A model generated the notes under the pieces. The model was not told where the DNA came from and did not search any database. It saw only the letters and a list, made by a program, of their open reading frames with translations. A stretch of 64,000 nt of DNA from an uncultured Acidobacteriota bacterium. Its GTDB lineage: Bacteria; Acidobacteriota; Terriglobia; UBA7540. The position numbers and the translations under genes were made by a program. Below, piece by piece: positions 41,821-53,438 of this stretch. The stretch is from positions 960,001 through 1,024,000 of the forward strand of contig CAWDSK010000005.1 of the NCBI GenBank assembly GCA_963804995.1, in the 5' to 3' direction. Numbering within the stretch: position 1 is the first letter of the stretch; every line of letters begins with the position of its first letter.

Positions 41821-44469
41821 CTACGGTTTTGCCACGCGGAACGTATACTCACCGGAAGCGACCTCAAACACCTGCGCCGACCTTTCCGCGCGCAGAAAGC
41901 GGACGCCCTCCGCTCGCGAAATCGGTTTGCCGCTTTCGGTAACACTTTCGAGCGAGTGTGCGGGCAGGAAAACCGTGGCTGTAGCATTCGCGGGAATCTT
42001 AACTGTCAACTCAAAGCCCGAGTCATCTTTCTTCCAACTGCTCTCCACGCGGCCTCGAACCGTATCGTGCCAGGCCTTGACCCAGGTGAGATCGCCCACC
42101 GGCTGCGGCCGGATTGTGATGTTGTTGTAATCCGTTTCAATGCCTGCCAGGCCCGCATAAAACCACTCTTCGATGTGACCCAGCATGCAGTGGTTTTGGG
42201 AGGATTCGGGATCGGCATCCCAGGCCTCGGTGAGCGAAGTGGCGCCCTTTTCAAGTTGCGCCCCGTAACTGGGAGGGTTGGTGCGATTGGTCATGGCGAA
42301 GAGCACGTCGGATCGCCCCGCATCCATCAAGGCGCGCACCAGGTAGTGATATCCCACATCGCCCGCGGTTTGCTGATCGCCCCGGCGCACCACGTCGTCA
42401 ACCAGGTGGGTCGCGACACCCGGACGATCGGCGCGCGGGCAAAGGTCGTTGACCAGCGGCATGGCTTGCGCCGTCTGGCTGCCCGAGGCGTATTGGCCCG
42501 TCTTCGCATCGAAAAACGCATGGTTGAATGCCGCTTTGACCACGCTCGCCAGCGCCGCATAGCGAATCGCCTCCGCCTCGTGCCCCAACACGTGGTTTGC
42601 CTCCGCCACCACGTGTATATCCTCGTAATACGTGGCGGTCGCGGTTACCCCGAGCGGCGTCAGCTTCGAAACTCCCGGCCGGCCCGGACCGATGTCGTAC
42701 CAATCCCCCAGGCCGTAGGAGATGATGTGGTCGTGCGCTTTGCTCCCCAGGTAATCGACGTAATGCTCCATGGCGGGCAGGCTCTCCTCCAGTATCCGCC
42801 GGTCACCATTCTGCTGGTACGACCACCAGGGAACCATCACCATGGCGCTGCCCCACTCGGGAGAATCGCGAAACCCCTCCGAGTGAATCGAATACTCCGG
42901 CGCGATGTCGGGAATCAGGCCTTCCAGGGTTTGCGAATCCCGCATGTCACGGGCAATTTTCGGAAAGTAAGAGGAGAGATCGAAATCGAACCCGATGCCG
43001 GACGCCATCAGGTAGGGCACTTCCAGCCAGCCGAGCTTCTCGCGATGCGGGCAGTCCGTCACCACGCTTTGCAGGTTGCCGAGCACCGCCATGATGATCA
43101 GTTTATGTATACGATTAAAGAGAGTATTCGAACAGATAAACTCTCCGGCCTGCGGCGCTGAGGAGTGTAGGAACTGGCCCTCCAGATTCGTCACCTCCGC
43201 GTCGCCCTCCACCTGCACGTAGCGGAAGCCGTAATAGGAAAAATGCGGGTGCCAGGTCTCCGCCTCGCCACCCTTGAGCGTGTAGGTGAAGTACGTGGGG
43301 CCGCCCGAACTCCGCTGGCTGACCAAGCCCTTGTCATCGAGTAATTCGCCCGGCGTCATCCGCACCTCGGCTCCGGCTTTGCCCCACACCGTGATCTGCG
43401 GCCAGCCGGAAAAATTCTGCCCCAGGTCGTAGACGTGAATGCCGGGCGCGGGTTCGGTCACCTTTACGGTGGGGAAGACCTGCATCACTTTGATGGGCGG
43501 CTGCGCCTGCGAAATCAGGCTTTCACTTGGTTCGCCAACATCGTCAACTCCCTCCCAACCCTTTTCTGAAAAGCCCGGCTCGGCCCAACCCGGTTGCTCG
43601 TCGCGCGCGTCATAATCCTCGCCGCCATAGATGCAGGAAAAATGCGTGGCGCTGGGCGCGACTTTCCAACGATGGTCTGAAACCACCGTTTGCGTGGAGC
43701 CGTCGGCGTATTCAATCCGCAGATGCAGAATGAATTTCGGCCGCCCAAAACTGCCGACGAACTTCACATAGCGCCCGCCCGCCACGTTGTACATGCCGTT
43801 GCCAAGCTCGACCCCGACGGCATTCGAGCCCTGGCGCAGAAAATCGCTGACATCATACGTGGCGTATAAAGTGGTGCGCCGGTAATTCGTCCAGCCGGGT
43901 TCAAGAACGTGGTCCCCCACCCGCTTGCCGTTCAGGTAAAGCTCAAAAAATCCGAGCCCGGAGATGTACGCCGTCGCGCGGCGCACCTCGTGGGACACGT
44001 CGAACTCCCGCCGGAAGATCGGCAGCGGCCCGGAGTTGATCGAGGTGCGTTCCCAGGTGATCCACTGGCTGTGACCCCAGTCCTCCGGCGTCAAAATGCC
44101 CATCGACCATGTCCCAGATGTACTCCATGCAGGGGCTAAGCGGCCCTTGTCCCACGTTCGGACCTTCCAAAAGCAGCGCTGGTGGGAAATTAGCGGTTTG
44201 CCACCATAAGCGATATTCGCGGTCTCGTGACTTGGAACTTTGCCGCTATCCCACAAGTCACCCTTGTCGCTGTCCAGCAGCGCGCGCGAGGTCGCAACCA
44301 GAATCTGGTAAGCCGTAACGGACTCCGCCCGCCCCGCGGACTCAAGAGTCCAACTGAGACGCGGCCGCGCCGCATCAATCCCGTCAGGATCAACTCGATA
44401 CTCGCAGCGCAGGTTTGTGGGTGTGATACCCGATGTTGCCATGAGTGCTAAAAGGAATAGAGTGGTCAT
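41821..44469 (-). CDS. GH78 alpha-L-rhamnosidase-like protein
   Basis: LRCEY..P.GID, DLGQNF.G, FSYYGFRYV, TDCPHREKLGW, E.W...S.NH. Confidence 0.92.
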   Translation of the reverse strand: MTTLFLLALMATSGITPTNLRCEYRVDPDGIDAARPRLSWTLESAGRAESVTAYQILVATSRALLDSDKGDLWDSGKVPSHETANIAYGGKPLISHQRCFWKVRTWDKGRLAPAWSTSGTWSMGILTPEDWGHSQWITWERTSINSGPLPIFRREFDVSHEVRRATAYISGLGFFELYLNGKRVGDHVLEPGWTNYRRTTLYATYDVSDFLRQGSNAVGVELGNGMYNVAGGRYVKFVGSFGRPKFILHLRIEYADGSTQTVVSDHRWKVAPSATHFSCIYGGEDYDARDEQPGWAEPGFSEKGWEGVDDVGEPSESLISQAQPPIKVMQVFPTVKVTEPAPGIHVYDLGQNFSGWPQITVWGKAGAEVRMTPGELLDDKGLVSQRSSGGPTYFTYTLKGGEAETWHPHFSYYGFRYVQVEGDAEVTNLEGQFLHSSAPQAGEFICSNTLFNRIHKLIIMAVLGNLQSVVTDCPHREKLGWLEVPYLMASGIGFDFDLSSYFPKIARDMRDSQTLEGLIPDIAPEYSIHSEGFRDSPEWGSAMVMVPWWSYQQNGDRRILEESLPAMEHYVDYLGSKAHDHIISYGLGDWYDIGPGRPGVSKLTPLGVTATATYYEDIHVVAEANHVLGHEAEAIRYAALASVVKAAFNHAFFDAKTGQYASGSQTAQAMPLVNDLCPRADRPGVATHLVDDVVRRGDQQTAGDVGYHYLVRALMDAGRSDVLFAMTNRTNPPSYGAQLEKGATSLTEAWDADPESSQNHCMLGHIEEWFYAGLAGIETDYNNITIRPQPVGDLTWVKAWHDTVRGRVESSWKKDDSGFELTVKIPANATATVFLPAHSLESVTESGKPISRAEGVRFLRAERSAQVFEVASGEYTFRVAKP

Positions 44470-44598
44470 GGAATTTCTTTCCCCAGCGGCCACGAGCGCC
44501 GGGTTCGCACGTTGGCATGGCTGCTGGATTTGCCGGTGGAGGACACTTCCACTTCGAAGGACCGCTGGCGTGATCTGCTGCGCACTTGCGCGCCACAC

Positions 44599-45606
44599 CT
44601 ACCGGAACTTCTTCATGTACTCCAAGAACGACCTGGCGACGCGGTCCAGGTTTTCAATGGAACCTCCGCCCTCGGTCACCGCGCAGATTTCGTAGGCAAC
44701 GTAGCCCTGAAATCCAATCTCTTTCAGGGCATTAAAGAAACTGTCGTAGTCGATCAGGCCCGGGCCCATCGGGATCTCCATGTTCACCGAGGGGAGTCTC
44801 TGGTAATCCACGACATCGGGCAGCATGTGGAAGCGGGGCACGCTGATGTACTGGGCGGCCGTGGTATGGACGATGAAAGGCTTCAGCTTGAGCACACCCT
44901 GGCGCATTTCCGCCGGCGTGTATCCCTGCGCGGCGGGGCTCCAGGCGTCCCAAGCCGCCATGACATTGGGGAGATTCACATCCTTCAAGAGCCAGTACAT
45001 GCCCTCGGCGCTGACCGCCAGATCGTGGTGGTTTTGCACCGCCAGGGTGACACCATAGCGCGCCGCCTGCTGGCCGCCCAGGCGCAACCCTTGCAGGACC
45101 GCGTTGTATTGCTGGTCGTAAGGAATGCCCTCGCGGTCAAAGCCGGTGAAGACGCGCACCATGTTCGTGCCCAGGTCATGCGCCAGGCGCGCCACTTCTC
45201 CCAAATAGGTGGCTTGAATTTCCACGTGCGGAATTCCGGGCTCATCCATCCCCGCGGAAAAATCGGTGTAGGCCGCCAGAGCGACGAGTTTCAGCCCAAG
45301 TTGGTCGATCCTCGCGCGGAGCCGCTGACGCGCCTCCTCATCATAATCGAGCGGTGACAAGTGCGGCCGTTTGCACATGATTTCGACACCGTCGTAACCA
45401 AGCTCCTTGGCTTTGACCAGGAATTGGTCCACGGTTAAAACCGTCTGACCGCGCCAGGCTCCGGAATAGCTGACTGAGTGCAAGCAAGTCCTGACTTTGA
45501 AATCCTTGGGATTGCCGGTGGGAAGTTCTTGCGCCTGCACTGCTAAAACGCAAGCTGCACCGGTCAGGAACAAACTCACCAAGATTTTCCACATGGTTCT
45601 TCGCAC
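44599..45606 (-). CDS. Sugar phosphate isomerase/epimerase (TIM barrel)
   Basis: GAGGAG before GTG 45606; signal peptide; GYDGVE, QNHHD, YEIC. Confidence 0.85.
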   Translation of the reverse strand: MRRTMWKILVSLFLTGAACVLAVQAQELPTGNPKDFKVRTCLHSVSYSGAWRGQTVLTVDQFLVKAKELGYDGVEIMCKRPHLSPLDYDEEARQRLRARIDQLGLKLVALAAYTDFSAGMDEPGIPHVEIQATYLGEVARLAHDLGTNMVRVFTGFDREGIPYDQQYNAVLQGLRLGGQQAARYGVTLAVQNHHDLAVSAEGMYWLLKDVNLPNVMAAWDAWSPAAQGYTPAEMRQGVLKLKPFIVHTTAAQYISVPRFHMLPDVVDYQRLPSVNMEIPMGPGLIDYDSFFNALKEIGFQGYVAYEICAVTEGGGSIENLDRVARSFLEYMKKFR

Positions 45607-45896
45607 GCTAGACTCCTCCTTATTTGGGGCTCCCGCGGCGTCGCGACAAAGTCCCTGAGCTTTCCGCGACCCTTGAGTTTCCGCGCTGCCCGCGAGAATT
45701 TTCCCGCTATCTAATATAGCCCTGTCCTCAGCGGCCGGCAGAGCTTCAGCACAGAAGCCGCTGAGAGGCACTGTACCCTTATGTATTGGCGCTTAAAGGG
45801 TAGTGAGGCTTTGTAACCCCTTGTAAAGTTAAACGTGAACAACCACGCCAAAGTGAAAACAACTTCGCCGCTTTTGCGTAGCGCGACAATCCGAAA

Positions 45897-47132
45897 TCAA
45901 ACAATATCTTCGGTCTTGGGATCCCAAGTCACCGTGCGTTTCTGGTGATACGAGGAAATCGCCATCTGGCACGCGATGGCCGAGTTGTAACCAATTTCAA
46001 AGGGGCAATTAAGTTTCTGGCGGCTGCGCACGCAGTCAAAAAAGTTCTGCATGTGTTGATCAGTAGCCTCGTAGTAACCGTGCTCCTGGCCTCCTTGCGG
46101 CGGCACCGAGGAGAGCGTTTCGACGCCCCGGCCCTTGCCACCTTCGGGCAGGTAGCGCACCTGATCGCCCTCATTCCGTGCGATCATGCCTTTCGTGCCC
46201 AGCAGCATGTCATGACCTTCGCCGTAGAAATCATTCCCAAACATGGAATTCCATGTGAACAAGACATTCCCCTGCATCATCGATACGTCCATGATGTCAG
46301 GCACCTGCATCTTAGGGGAGAGAAGATTTGCTCCGGTCATGGTCACGCTGTCGGGAATCTTGAAGTCCATCAGCTTATACCAGAAGCCCACTTGGTGGAC
46401 CATGTTTTCATACACGTTGCTGCCATCGTAGTCCCAATAGAAGCGCCAATTGATGAGGCGTTGCGGGTCGAACGCATAGTGGGTCGCTTCGCCCTCAAAG
46501 CCCTTCCAATCGACGTGCTCGGCATCGCAATCCGGCGGAATAGGGCGCAGCCATCCGCCGTGATGGCGATTGCGGTAGTGGTGAGTGTGGAGAGCCGTAA
46601 TCGTGCCCATCTTCTCAGGAGTGAGCATTTCCTTAATCACGGTGAAGCCGGGCGCGCTGGTCACCTGGACGCCCACTTGTACCACCCGGTCGGATTTCTC
46701 GAATGCCCGGCGCATGCGGCGCGCGTGATCAGGATTGAACGCCATGGTCTTTTCCTGATAGACATCCTTCCCCGCCTCGAGGGCAGGAACAAACTGCAGG
46801 CAATGGATGTGCTGGGGCGAAGCGATCAGGACCGCGTCAATCGATTTGTCGTCGAGGATCTTGCGAAAATCCTGATAAGTATTGATATTCGGAACGATCG
46901 CTTTCACTTCGTCGAGGCGGCGAGTGTAAACATCCGCCACCGCAACCGCTTCGACATTGGGGCATTTAAGGGCCGCATGGAAGATTTCTTTGCCGCGACC
47001 GCCTCCCCCGATCAAAGCGAAGCGGATGCGATCATTGGCTCCCAAGACGCGGCCGGAGGGTAAGATTCCTGACGCAACCAAAGCGGCAGAGCCGCCTAGC
47101 GTCTGCTTAATAAAAGTACGGCGACTGAACAT
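45897..47132 (-). CDS. Gfo/Idh/MocA oxidoreductase with Tat signal
   Basis: SRRTF; GANDRI..IG.GGRG; YQEK. Confidence 0.92.
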   Translation of the reverse strand: MFSRRTFIKQTLGGSAALVASGILPSGRVLGANDRIRFALIGGGGRGKEIFHAALKCPNVEAVAVADVYTRRLDEVKAIVPNINTYQDFRKILDDKSIDAVLIASPQHIHCLQFVPALEAGKDVYQEKTMAFNPDHARRMRRAFEKSDRVVQVGVQVTSAPGFTVIKEMLTPEKMGTITALHTHHYRNRHHGGWLRPIPPDCDAEHVDWKGFEGEATHYAFDPQRLINWRFYWDYDGSNVYENMVHQVGFWYKLMDFKIPDSVTMTGANLLSPKMQVPDIMDVSMMQGNVLFTWNSMFGNDFYGEGHDMLLGTKGMIARNEGDQVRYLPEGGKGRGVETLSSVPPQGGQEHGYYEATDQHMQNFFDCVRSRQKLNCPFEIGYNSAIACQMAISSYHQKRTVTWDPKTEDIV

Positions 47133-48029
47133 GGAAACACTCCTTTTCTATAAAGAAAGAAAGTCAATCCCTTGGGATGATTGCTTTAATTTCACGTGGT
47201 CGTACTCGGCCGCCTGGAGACGTGGAGAAGGGCACAGCGCAAGGCGGCCACAGCGTTACACTTTGCTACCTATAAGTGATTTGAGCAAGTGATTTTTAGC
47301 TTGCCGGAAACGGTCTATGCCGGGGCATTGGAAAACTAAGGTGGAAGTCCGGTGAGATAAAGAACAGGGTTAAAGACTTAGGAAACCCCTGCGACGGCAC
47401 CCTTCCATACCTCATGGTTGACAAGAGGGTATGCAAGTACACACGGATGCTTAAGTGTTCATCGGAGGGATCGTAGCTCAGGGGTGAACTTTTACTCTTG
47501 AGCAATACTAATGTAGTGTATGGTAATTAACTGGACATCGTAGCGCCGGCATCTTGGCGGCATTTGCCGGCAGGATGATGGCGCTACGGCCAGCCCATTT
47601 GTCCAGCCATTTCCTGGACACTGCACTAGACACATTGTCATCCTGTTCTACCATTTATAATATTGTTGCTAACCGTATTTGTTTTCAATAACCTCTCAGC
47701 TTTGGCAAACAGAAATCCCTAGTTGACGCGCTTTGTTTTCAATATGTTCTCAGCTTTGGGCATTTTTGGCATCTAGCGACACATTGTCGACCAAGAATGA
47801 GCGGCTCAGATGGTGCGTTTTCGGTCTCATATTTACACTTCACTGCGGGGCCTCCCTACGATGCGCGCAAGTCTTTCCGACAGTCGGCGCAGCCGGATTA
47901 TACCAATCAGTCATGCTTAGTGTCAAGCTTTATTGTTGCAGGGGATGAACTGAGGGAAGTAGGGCCTCCACCTTCGCCGGGAACCCTGAAATTAGTCGCT
48001 CCGACGGCAAACTGCACCACTACCGCTAA

Positions 48030-48238
48030 CTAGTGTGGTGTCCCGTGTTAGAGTTGACAATGGGTAGAACCCCCTCACCCGTCTGGCCTCGGCTGATGAG
48101 AACGCCTCGGCCAGCCACCCTCTCCCCCAAAGGGGCGAGGGCAAGAAAATTAACTCTCCCCTCGGTCGCCGCGGCGACAGAGGGGTTGGGGGGTGAGGGG
48201 GTCGGACAGCCTTGTCAAATATTAACTGGGACACCACA
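48030..48238. mobile_element. About 200-bp REP-containing MITE-like element
   Basis: Imperfect terminal IRs GTGTCCC..GTTA...TGACAA; reverse-complement copy at about 62624-62826. Confidence 0.7.
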
Positions 48239-48962
48239 CGAGGTGCTGCCCTATTTGGGGCGTAGCACCGCCCTCTTGGTGGCGCAGAATGCCGGCCCTA
48301 CGGCCAACACAGTTGTCCAGCCATTTCCTGGACATTGCACTAGATAGAGAAGCTACCCTGCAGAGGTGGTGAACCGTGTGTCGGGCAGATGGGGCCAATA
48401 GTTTAACGCGTGGGCACGGTGCGTCACTCCGCAGCCTTACCAACCCAGAGGAAGGTCTTACCCGCAGAATGAATCACTAGTCCCCTTCAGGTCAAGAGCC
48501 GATGATCCTACAAGTCGAGTGCCTTGGGTATAGTCTCTGGCTTCTTCTGAGGCTTCCAGTTTCTAAATTCCGTAATAGTTTGTACTGAAAATCATATGGA
48601 GTTACCTCCCCCTACGGTAACCCCGTAGTTAACTTATTTGCTTGCAATAGCATAGAAATTTGATGAGTTTGGGGAGTGAGATGCACTGCCCCCTATCGGT
48701 CATCTCCTGTTCGACTAACACAGACCGGGCCTTCTGGATTTAATTCACGCGAAGAATGGGACAACATCCGACACAACATCTGCGGGGCATGCTGGCACAC
48801 CGGCTGTTGAGCCCAACGAGCAAACTCCTAAGAATGATTACATCGGCACGCTTCCCGTTCGAGAGAGGACGAAAAACGCCGGCCATCGCGTTCAGCTCTG
48901 GAAGTCTGTTTTCGTTTTCATGGGCAACCGTAATTGAAGACATCTTTAGCAGGAGGAATAGC

Positions 48963-51900
48963 ATGGAATTTTCAAATTCAAGCCGAGGTTTGAAGGTCCA
49001 GTCGCATCGGGCGCCAATGTGGACACTCATCGCCCTGGTTGCAACATTATTCCTGTCAGTGGCGGGATGGGCGCAGGACCAAGCCTCGATTACGGGTACG
49101 GTAACGGACACCTCAGGCGCCGTAGTTCCGGGAGTCAAGCTGACTGTTGCCAACCCCGACAAGGGGTTTACGCGCGAAACGAAGACCAATTCCACCGGAG
49201 ACTACACGATCACGCCCGTACCCATCGGCGATTACACGGTCACCGCGGAAGCCACGGGCTTCCAAAAATTGATTCGCTCCGGCATTACCTTGAGTGTGGG
49301 CCAGGCTATGCGGCTTGATCTACAACTCACGGTTGGGCAGACGACGCAGCAGGTCACCGTCACCGGCGACGTAGTGAAGGTTGACACGGAAAACGCCCGG
49401 GTTTCGGATGTGGTTAGCGGGACGCAAGTCGAGGACCTCAACCTGAACGGCCGGAACTATCAATCCCTTGCCATCCTCGTTCCAGGGGCGGCGGCCAGTA
49501 ACAGTTTCAACCCCATCGTGGTTGGTCACAATGCCCAAGCTACGGTTTCCTTCAATGGGGGCAGGACACAGCACAACAATTGGGAAATCGACGGTGGCAA
49601 CGACAATGACGAAAGCGGCGGCGGGGCCTCCCCCCAGGTTATACCCAACCTTGACGCCATCGCGGAGTTCCGCATCACCACGTCCAACTATGGAGCGGAC
49701 GTCGGCAAGCGCTCCGGCGCCACCATTGAAGTCGTTACCAAGTCCGGGACCAAAGATTTCCATGGCACCGCCTATGAATTTGTCCGCAACGACCACTTTG
49801 ATGCCAACGATTTTTTCGTGAACCGGCAGCCGTGGTCGAGCCTCGACCCCTCGGACTGCACCGGGGCGACTTGCAACGCTCCCAAGACGCCTTTGAAGCA
49901 GAACAATTTCGGCTTCAACCTCGGTGGCCCCTTCTACATTCCCGGCCATTACAACACCAGCAAGTCGAAGACCTTCTTCTTCTATTCCGAGAACTGGGTT
50001 AAGTATCGCAATGGCACGGTGTTGGGGACTGGAACCGCCGACGTGCCCAGCCTGCGCATGCGCCAGGGGGATTTCAGCGAGTGTGATCCGGCTAATGTCG
50101 CAAACTACAACCCCGTAGTGGCCTCCGGCTGTGTGGTCCCCACGAACCCCCTTACGGGCAACCCGTACCCGGGCGACATAGTTCCGATCGACCCGAACGC
50201 CCAGACCTTGCTCAATTCATTCGTCCCGCTGCCTAATAGCGGCCCGATTGGCTGGGTGGCCGCACACAGCGCGCCCACGAATTACCGGCAGGAAAGCATT
50301 CGCGTGGATCAGAATATCAACGACAAGACCACGCTCTTTTTCAGGTTCACGAATGACGCCTGGCAGCAGACGGTATATCCCTCTGAATACTCCTCGGCCG
50401 TCTTCGACTCCGCCGGGAGCATCTTCTCCGTTCCTGCCAAGAGCGCGGTATTGCACCTGACGCGTACTTTCAAGCCGACCCTGATGAATGAGTTCGTGGT
50501 AGCCTGGGGGAACGACCCGCACCACATCACCGGATTTGCCGGCCCCGGGTCTCCCTCCGGCTCCATCACCAAACCCTCCACCTGGACGGCTGGCCAGTTC
50601 TTCTCCGCCAATGCGAGTCAACCTTTCCTCCCGGGGGTCTCCGTAGGTGGTGGATTACCTTTCTCTTTTTATGAGGATGTCGAGTATGGGGTTTTCTACA
50701 ACAGCGTGCCCACTTGGACGGTGAAGGACAATCTGGCCTATGTGCATGGCAAACACAATCTGAGGATGGGTGTGTTCGTCATGCGGACCGCCATCAATTC
50801 CATGAACGGGATCGTAGCCCCGCAAGGTGAGTACTCATTTACGGGTGGGGGGCCTATCACCACGGGCAACGGGCTCGCCGACATGTATACGGGCCGAATC
50901 CAAAACTATACCGAAGGCACCTTCGTCGTGAATGGGCAAGCCGTAGGAACCTGGGGCTATGCGAAAGCCCGTCACCAGTCCTACGAACCGTATGTCCAGG
51001 ACGATTGGAAGGTCAGCCGGCGGCTAACGTTGAATCTCGGTGTCCGCCACTATCTGTACACCTCTGAACACGACATTCAGGTTCCCACGACGGATGCGGA
51101 TTTTTACCCCAACCTCTACGACCCAACGAAACAGGCTCAACTCAACATCAGCGGCAACATCATTCCCGGCTCGGGATACAACTACACGGGGTATGGAAAC
51201 GGGCTAGTCGAGTGCGGGACTAACGGGGTTGCCAAGGGGTGCCGCCATATTGGTCGCGACACCTGGTCACCCCGATTCGGATTTGCCTATGATCCGACGG
51301 GAAGCGGGAAGACCGCCATCCGTGGGGGCTACGGCCTCTTCTACGACATTGGCGCAGGGGAGGCCTCCCAAGAAGACGGGGAGGGCAACCCTCCATCGTA
51401 TTTTAACCCGAATGGTTATAACATTCTTGGATATGGCAACCTTACCCAGGCCCCCATCGCTCCGGTTCCGTTTGGCGCCTGGACGCCCAATGGACCGAAC
51501 ACCTCGGTCCAACAATACAACCTCACAGTCCAGCATGAGTTTCCGGGAAAGAACCTGCTGAGTGTTGCTTACGTGGGAAGTCAGGGGCGCCACTTGAGTC
51601 GCGCGCCCAACCTCAACCAGATTCCCGATGGTTCCACCACGGCCACCGTTCCCGCCCTGGAGGGGACGACGGGTTGCACGGTCTCCGGGGTTTGCGACGT
51701 TCAGTCCATCATGATTAACCAGCTTCAACCCAGTATCTACTTTGTCCCCTTCCGCGGGTACACCTCGATTACCTGGAATGAACTGGCGGCGTCCTCGCGC
51801 TATAACGCCTTGCAAGCGAATTTCCGGCACACGGTGGGCCACGGATTGACGGTCCAAATGGCCTACACCTACTCGAAGGCGATCGACAACGCCAGCGGCC

Positions 51901-52589
51901 CGGGTTACGACCAGGGGGTGGACGACACCAACAAGAACCGCTGGTTCAGCCAGAGCGACTTTAACCGTACCCACACCCTGGTGGCGAATTACATCTACAA
52001 CTTGCCGTTCTTCCAGAACTCCTCCAATCATTTTGCGAAGAGTGGATTGGGGGGGTGGCAGTTCAGTGGGATCTCGAGCTTTTGGAGCGGAACACCTGTA
52101 AACTTCGGTTGTTCGGAGAATGGATACAGCAATGGCGTGGGCCTGGGTATGCAGTGCAATTCGCTAGGCTCGCTCAAGATTCAGAAAGGCACGGTAACCG
52201 ATCCAACTTTTGGACCCGTAGCGACTTGGTATAACCCGTCGACGGTTGGTATGCCGCTGCTCTCTCAATTCAGCGCCAATGGGCAGCCGGGAATGTTCGG
52301 CTGTATGGGGCGAAATGCTTTGACGGGTCCCGGCCGCAACAATTGGGACCTGGCTCTATTGAAGAACTTCCAATTGCCCTGGGCGGGCGGCGAACACTCG
52401 AACCTGCAATTCCGCCTGGAAACCTTCAACACCTTCAATCATACCCAGTGGAAGTCCATCCGAACCGGATGCAGCGGGAATACAGACTTTGGGGCGGCGT
52501 GCTCCGGCGCGAACAATTTGAACCGCGGTGAGGTCACGGGCGCTTGGTCACCTCGGATCTTGCAGTTGGGTTTGAAGTTCATGTTCTAA
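48963..52589 (+). CDS. TonB-dependent receptor with carboxypeptidase-regulatory N-domain (Oar-like)
   Basis: AGGAGG RBS; ITGTVTD.SGAVV, LNGRNY, TKSGT..FHG, QDDWK, C-terminal LGLKFMF. Confidence 0.93.
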   Translation: MEFSNSSRGLKVQSHRAPMWTLIALVATLFLSVAGWAQDQASITGTVTDTSGAVVPGVKLTVANPDKGFTRETKTNSTGDYTITPVPIGDYTVTAEATGFQKLIRSGITLSVGQAMRLDLQLTVGQTTQQVTVTGDVVKVDTENARVSDVVSGTQVEDLNLNGRNYQSLAILVPGAAASNSFNPIVVGHNAQATVSFNGGRTQHNNWEIDGGNDNDESGGGASPQVIPNLDAIAEFRITTSNYGADVGKRSGATIEVVTKSGTKDFHGTAYEFVRNDHFDANDFFVNRQPWSSLDPSDCTGATCNAPKTPLKQNNFGFNLGGPFYIPGHYNTSKSKTFFFYSENWVKYRNGTVLGTGTADVPSLRMRQGDFSECDPANVANYNPVVASGCVVPTNPLTGNPYPGDIVPIDPNAQTLLNSFVPLPNSGPIGWVAAHSAPTNYRQESIRVDQNINDKTTLFFRFTNDAWQQTVYPSEYSSAVFDSAGSIFSVPAKSAVLHLTRTFKPTLMNEFVVAWGNDPHHITGFAGPGSPSGSITKPSTWTAGQFFSANASQPFLPGVSVGGGLPFSFYEDVEYGVFYNSVPTWTVKDNLAYVHGKHNLRMGVFVMRTAINSMNGIVAPQGEYSFTGGGPITTGNGLADMYTGRIQNYTEGTFVVNGQAVGTWGYAKARHQSYEPYVQDDWKVSRRLTLNLGVRHYLYTSEHDIQVPTTDADFYPNLYDPTKQAQLNISGNIIPGSGYNYTGYGNGLVECGTNGVAKGCRHIGRDTWSPRFGFAYDPTGSGKTAIRGGYGLFYDIGAGEASQEDGEGNPPSYFNPNGYNILGYGNLTQAPIAPVPFGAWTPNGPNTSVQQYNLTVQHEFPGKNLLSVAYVGSQGRHLSRAPNLNQIPDGSTTATVPALEGTTGCTVSGVCDVQSIMINQLQPSIYFVPFRGYTSITWNELAASSRYNALQANFRHTVGHGLTVQMAYTYSKAIDNASGPGYDQGVDDTNKNRWFSQSDFNRTHTLVANYIYNLPFFQNSSNHFAKSGLGGWQFSGISSFWSGTPVNFGCSENGYSNGVGLGMQCNSLGSLKIQKGTVTDPTFGPVATWYNPSTVGMPLLSQFSANGQPGMFGCMGRNALTGPGRNNWDLALLKNFQLPWAGGEHSNLQFRLETFNTFNHTQWKSIRTGCSGNTDFGAACSGANNLNRGEVTGAWSPRILQLGLKFMF

Positions 52590-52694
52590 GCCTATCTCTC
52601 CTGGGCGACCGCGATGTTGCGGTCGCCCGGGAGATTTGTTTCTCCCACCGGATCCACTTCATCCTCCATTTCCTCACGCGTTTTGGACCAGCAG

Positions 52695-53377
52695 GTAGCC
52701 ACAGACAGTGCCTTTCTGTCCGTGGGCTTTTCCCTGATGCACAATCCCCGGTCAATTGTGGCTGGCACGACGGCGCTCACCCGGGGGTTCTTGAAGGCAT
52801 AAATACGTAGGGGTAATCTGCGGGCGTGTCAAACGTCCGTCGCCTACGCCACACCGACCGAATCTTCTTTCTTAGTGTGAACCTTCGTCCTCGCGGGTGG
52901 CGCATACGTCCCGGCGCTCTGAAGGTGTGAAAAAATATCATTTTCACCGCTGAGTCGCTGAGACGCAGAGAAATGACCCTTTGTTTTCAAACCTCAGCGC
53001 CTCCACGTCTCCGCGGTGAAAGGTTTGATAGGATTTTTTCACAGCTTCTCTTTGTCGGGATGTATGCGGCGGAAGAGGAATATCTGCGGGCAGGGTCAGA
53101 GACGTGAATCGCAGAGCTGAGCTCGCTCTGCGCCAGCCTGCCAACTGGGATATGAGGCGTGAGAAAAGCCCACGGACAGAAAGGCACTGTCCGTGGCTAC
53201 CAGCTTTGTGGTTATGTTTTGATGCCCGACCATTGGCACGCCCTGAAGCGGCATGCCCAATTCAGATTGATTACGTGCGATTGCCGCTGGGATATCAGGC
53301 ATGAGGAAAGCACACTGCCAACTGGGATATGAGGCGTGAGAAAAGCCCACGGACAGAAAGGCACTGTCCGTGGCTAC
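52695..53377. repeat. REP cluster GTAGCCACGGACAGTGCCTTTCTGTCCGTGGG (three copies), with MITE M1 at 52921-53048
   Basis: Copies at 52695-52726 (+), 53169-53200 (-) and 53346-53377 (-); MITE flanked by TCT duplication. Confidence 0.85.
53204..53304 (+). pseudogene. Internally deleted REP-associated tyrosine transposase (RAYT) remnant
   Basis: LCGYVLMPDHWHAL (HUH motif) joined out of frame to AACPIQIDYVRLPLGYQA*; lies between GTAG-REPs. Confidence 0.75.
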
Positions 53378-53438
53378 CAGCTCGCATTTCTCATCAGGCC
53401 GAGCCGTTTTCCACGAGCGGTCGGAAGGCGGGGCTTCA

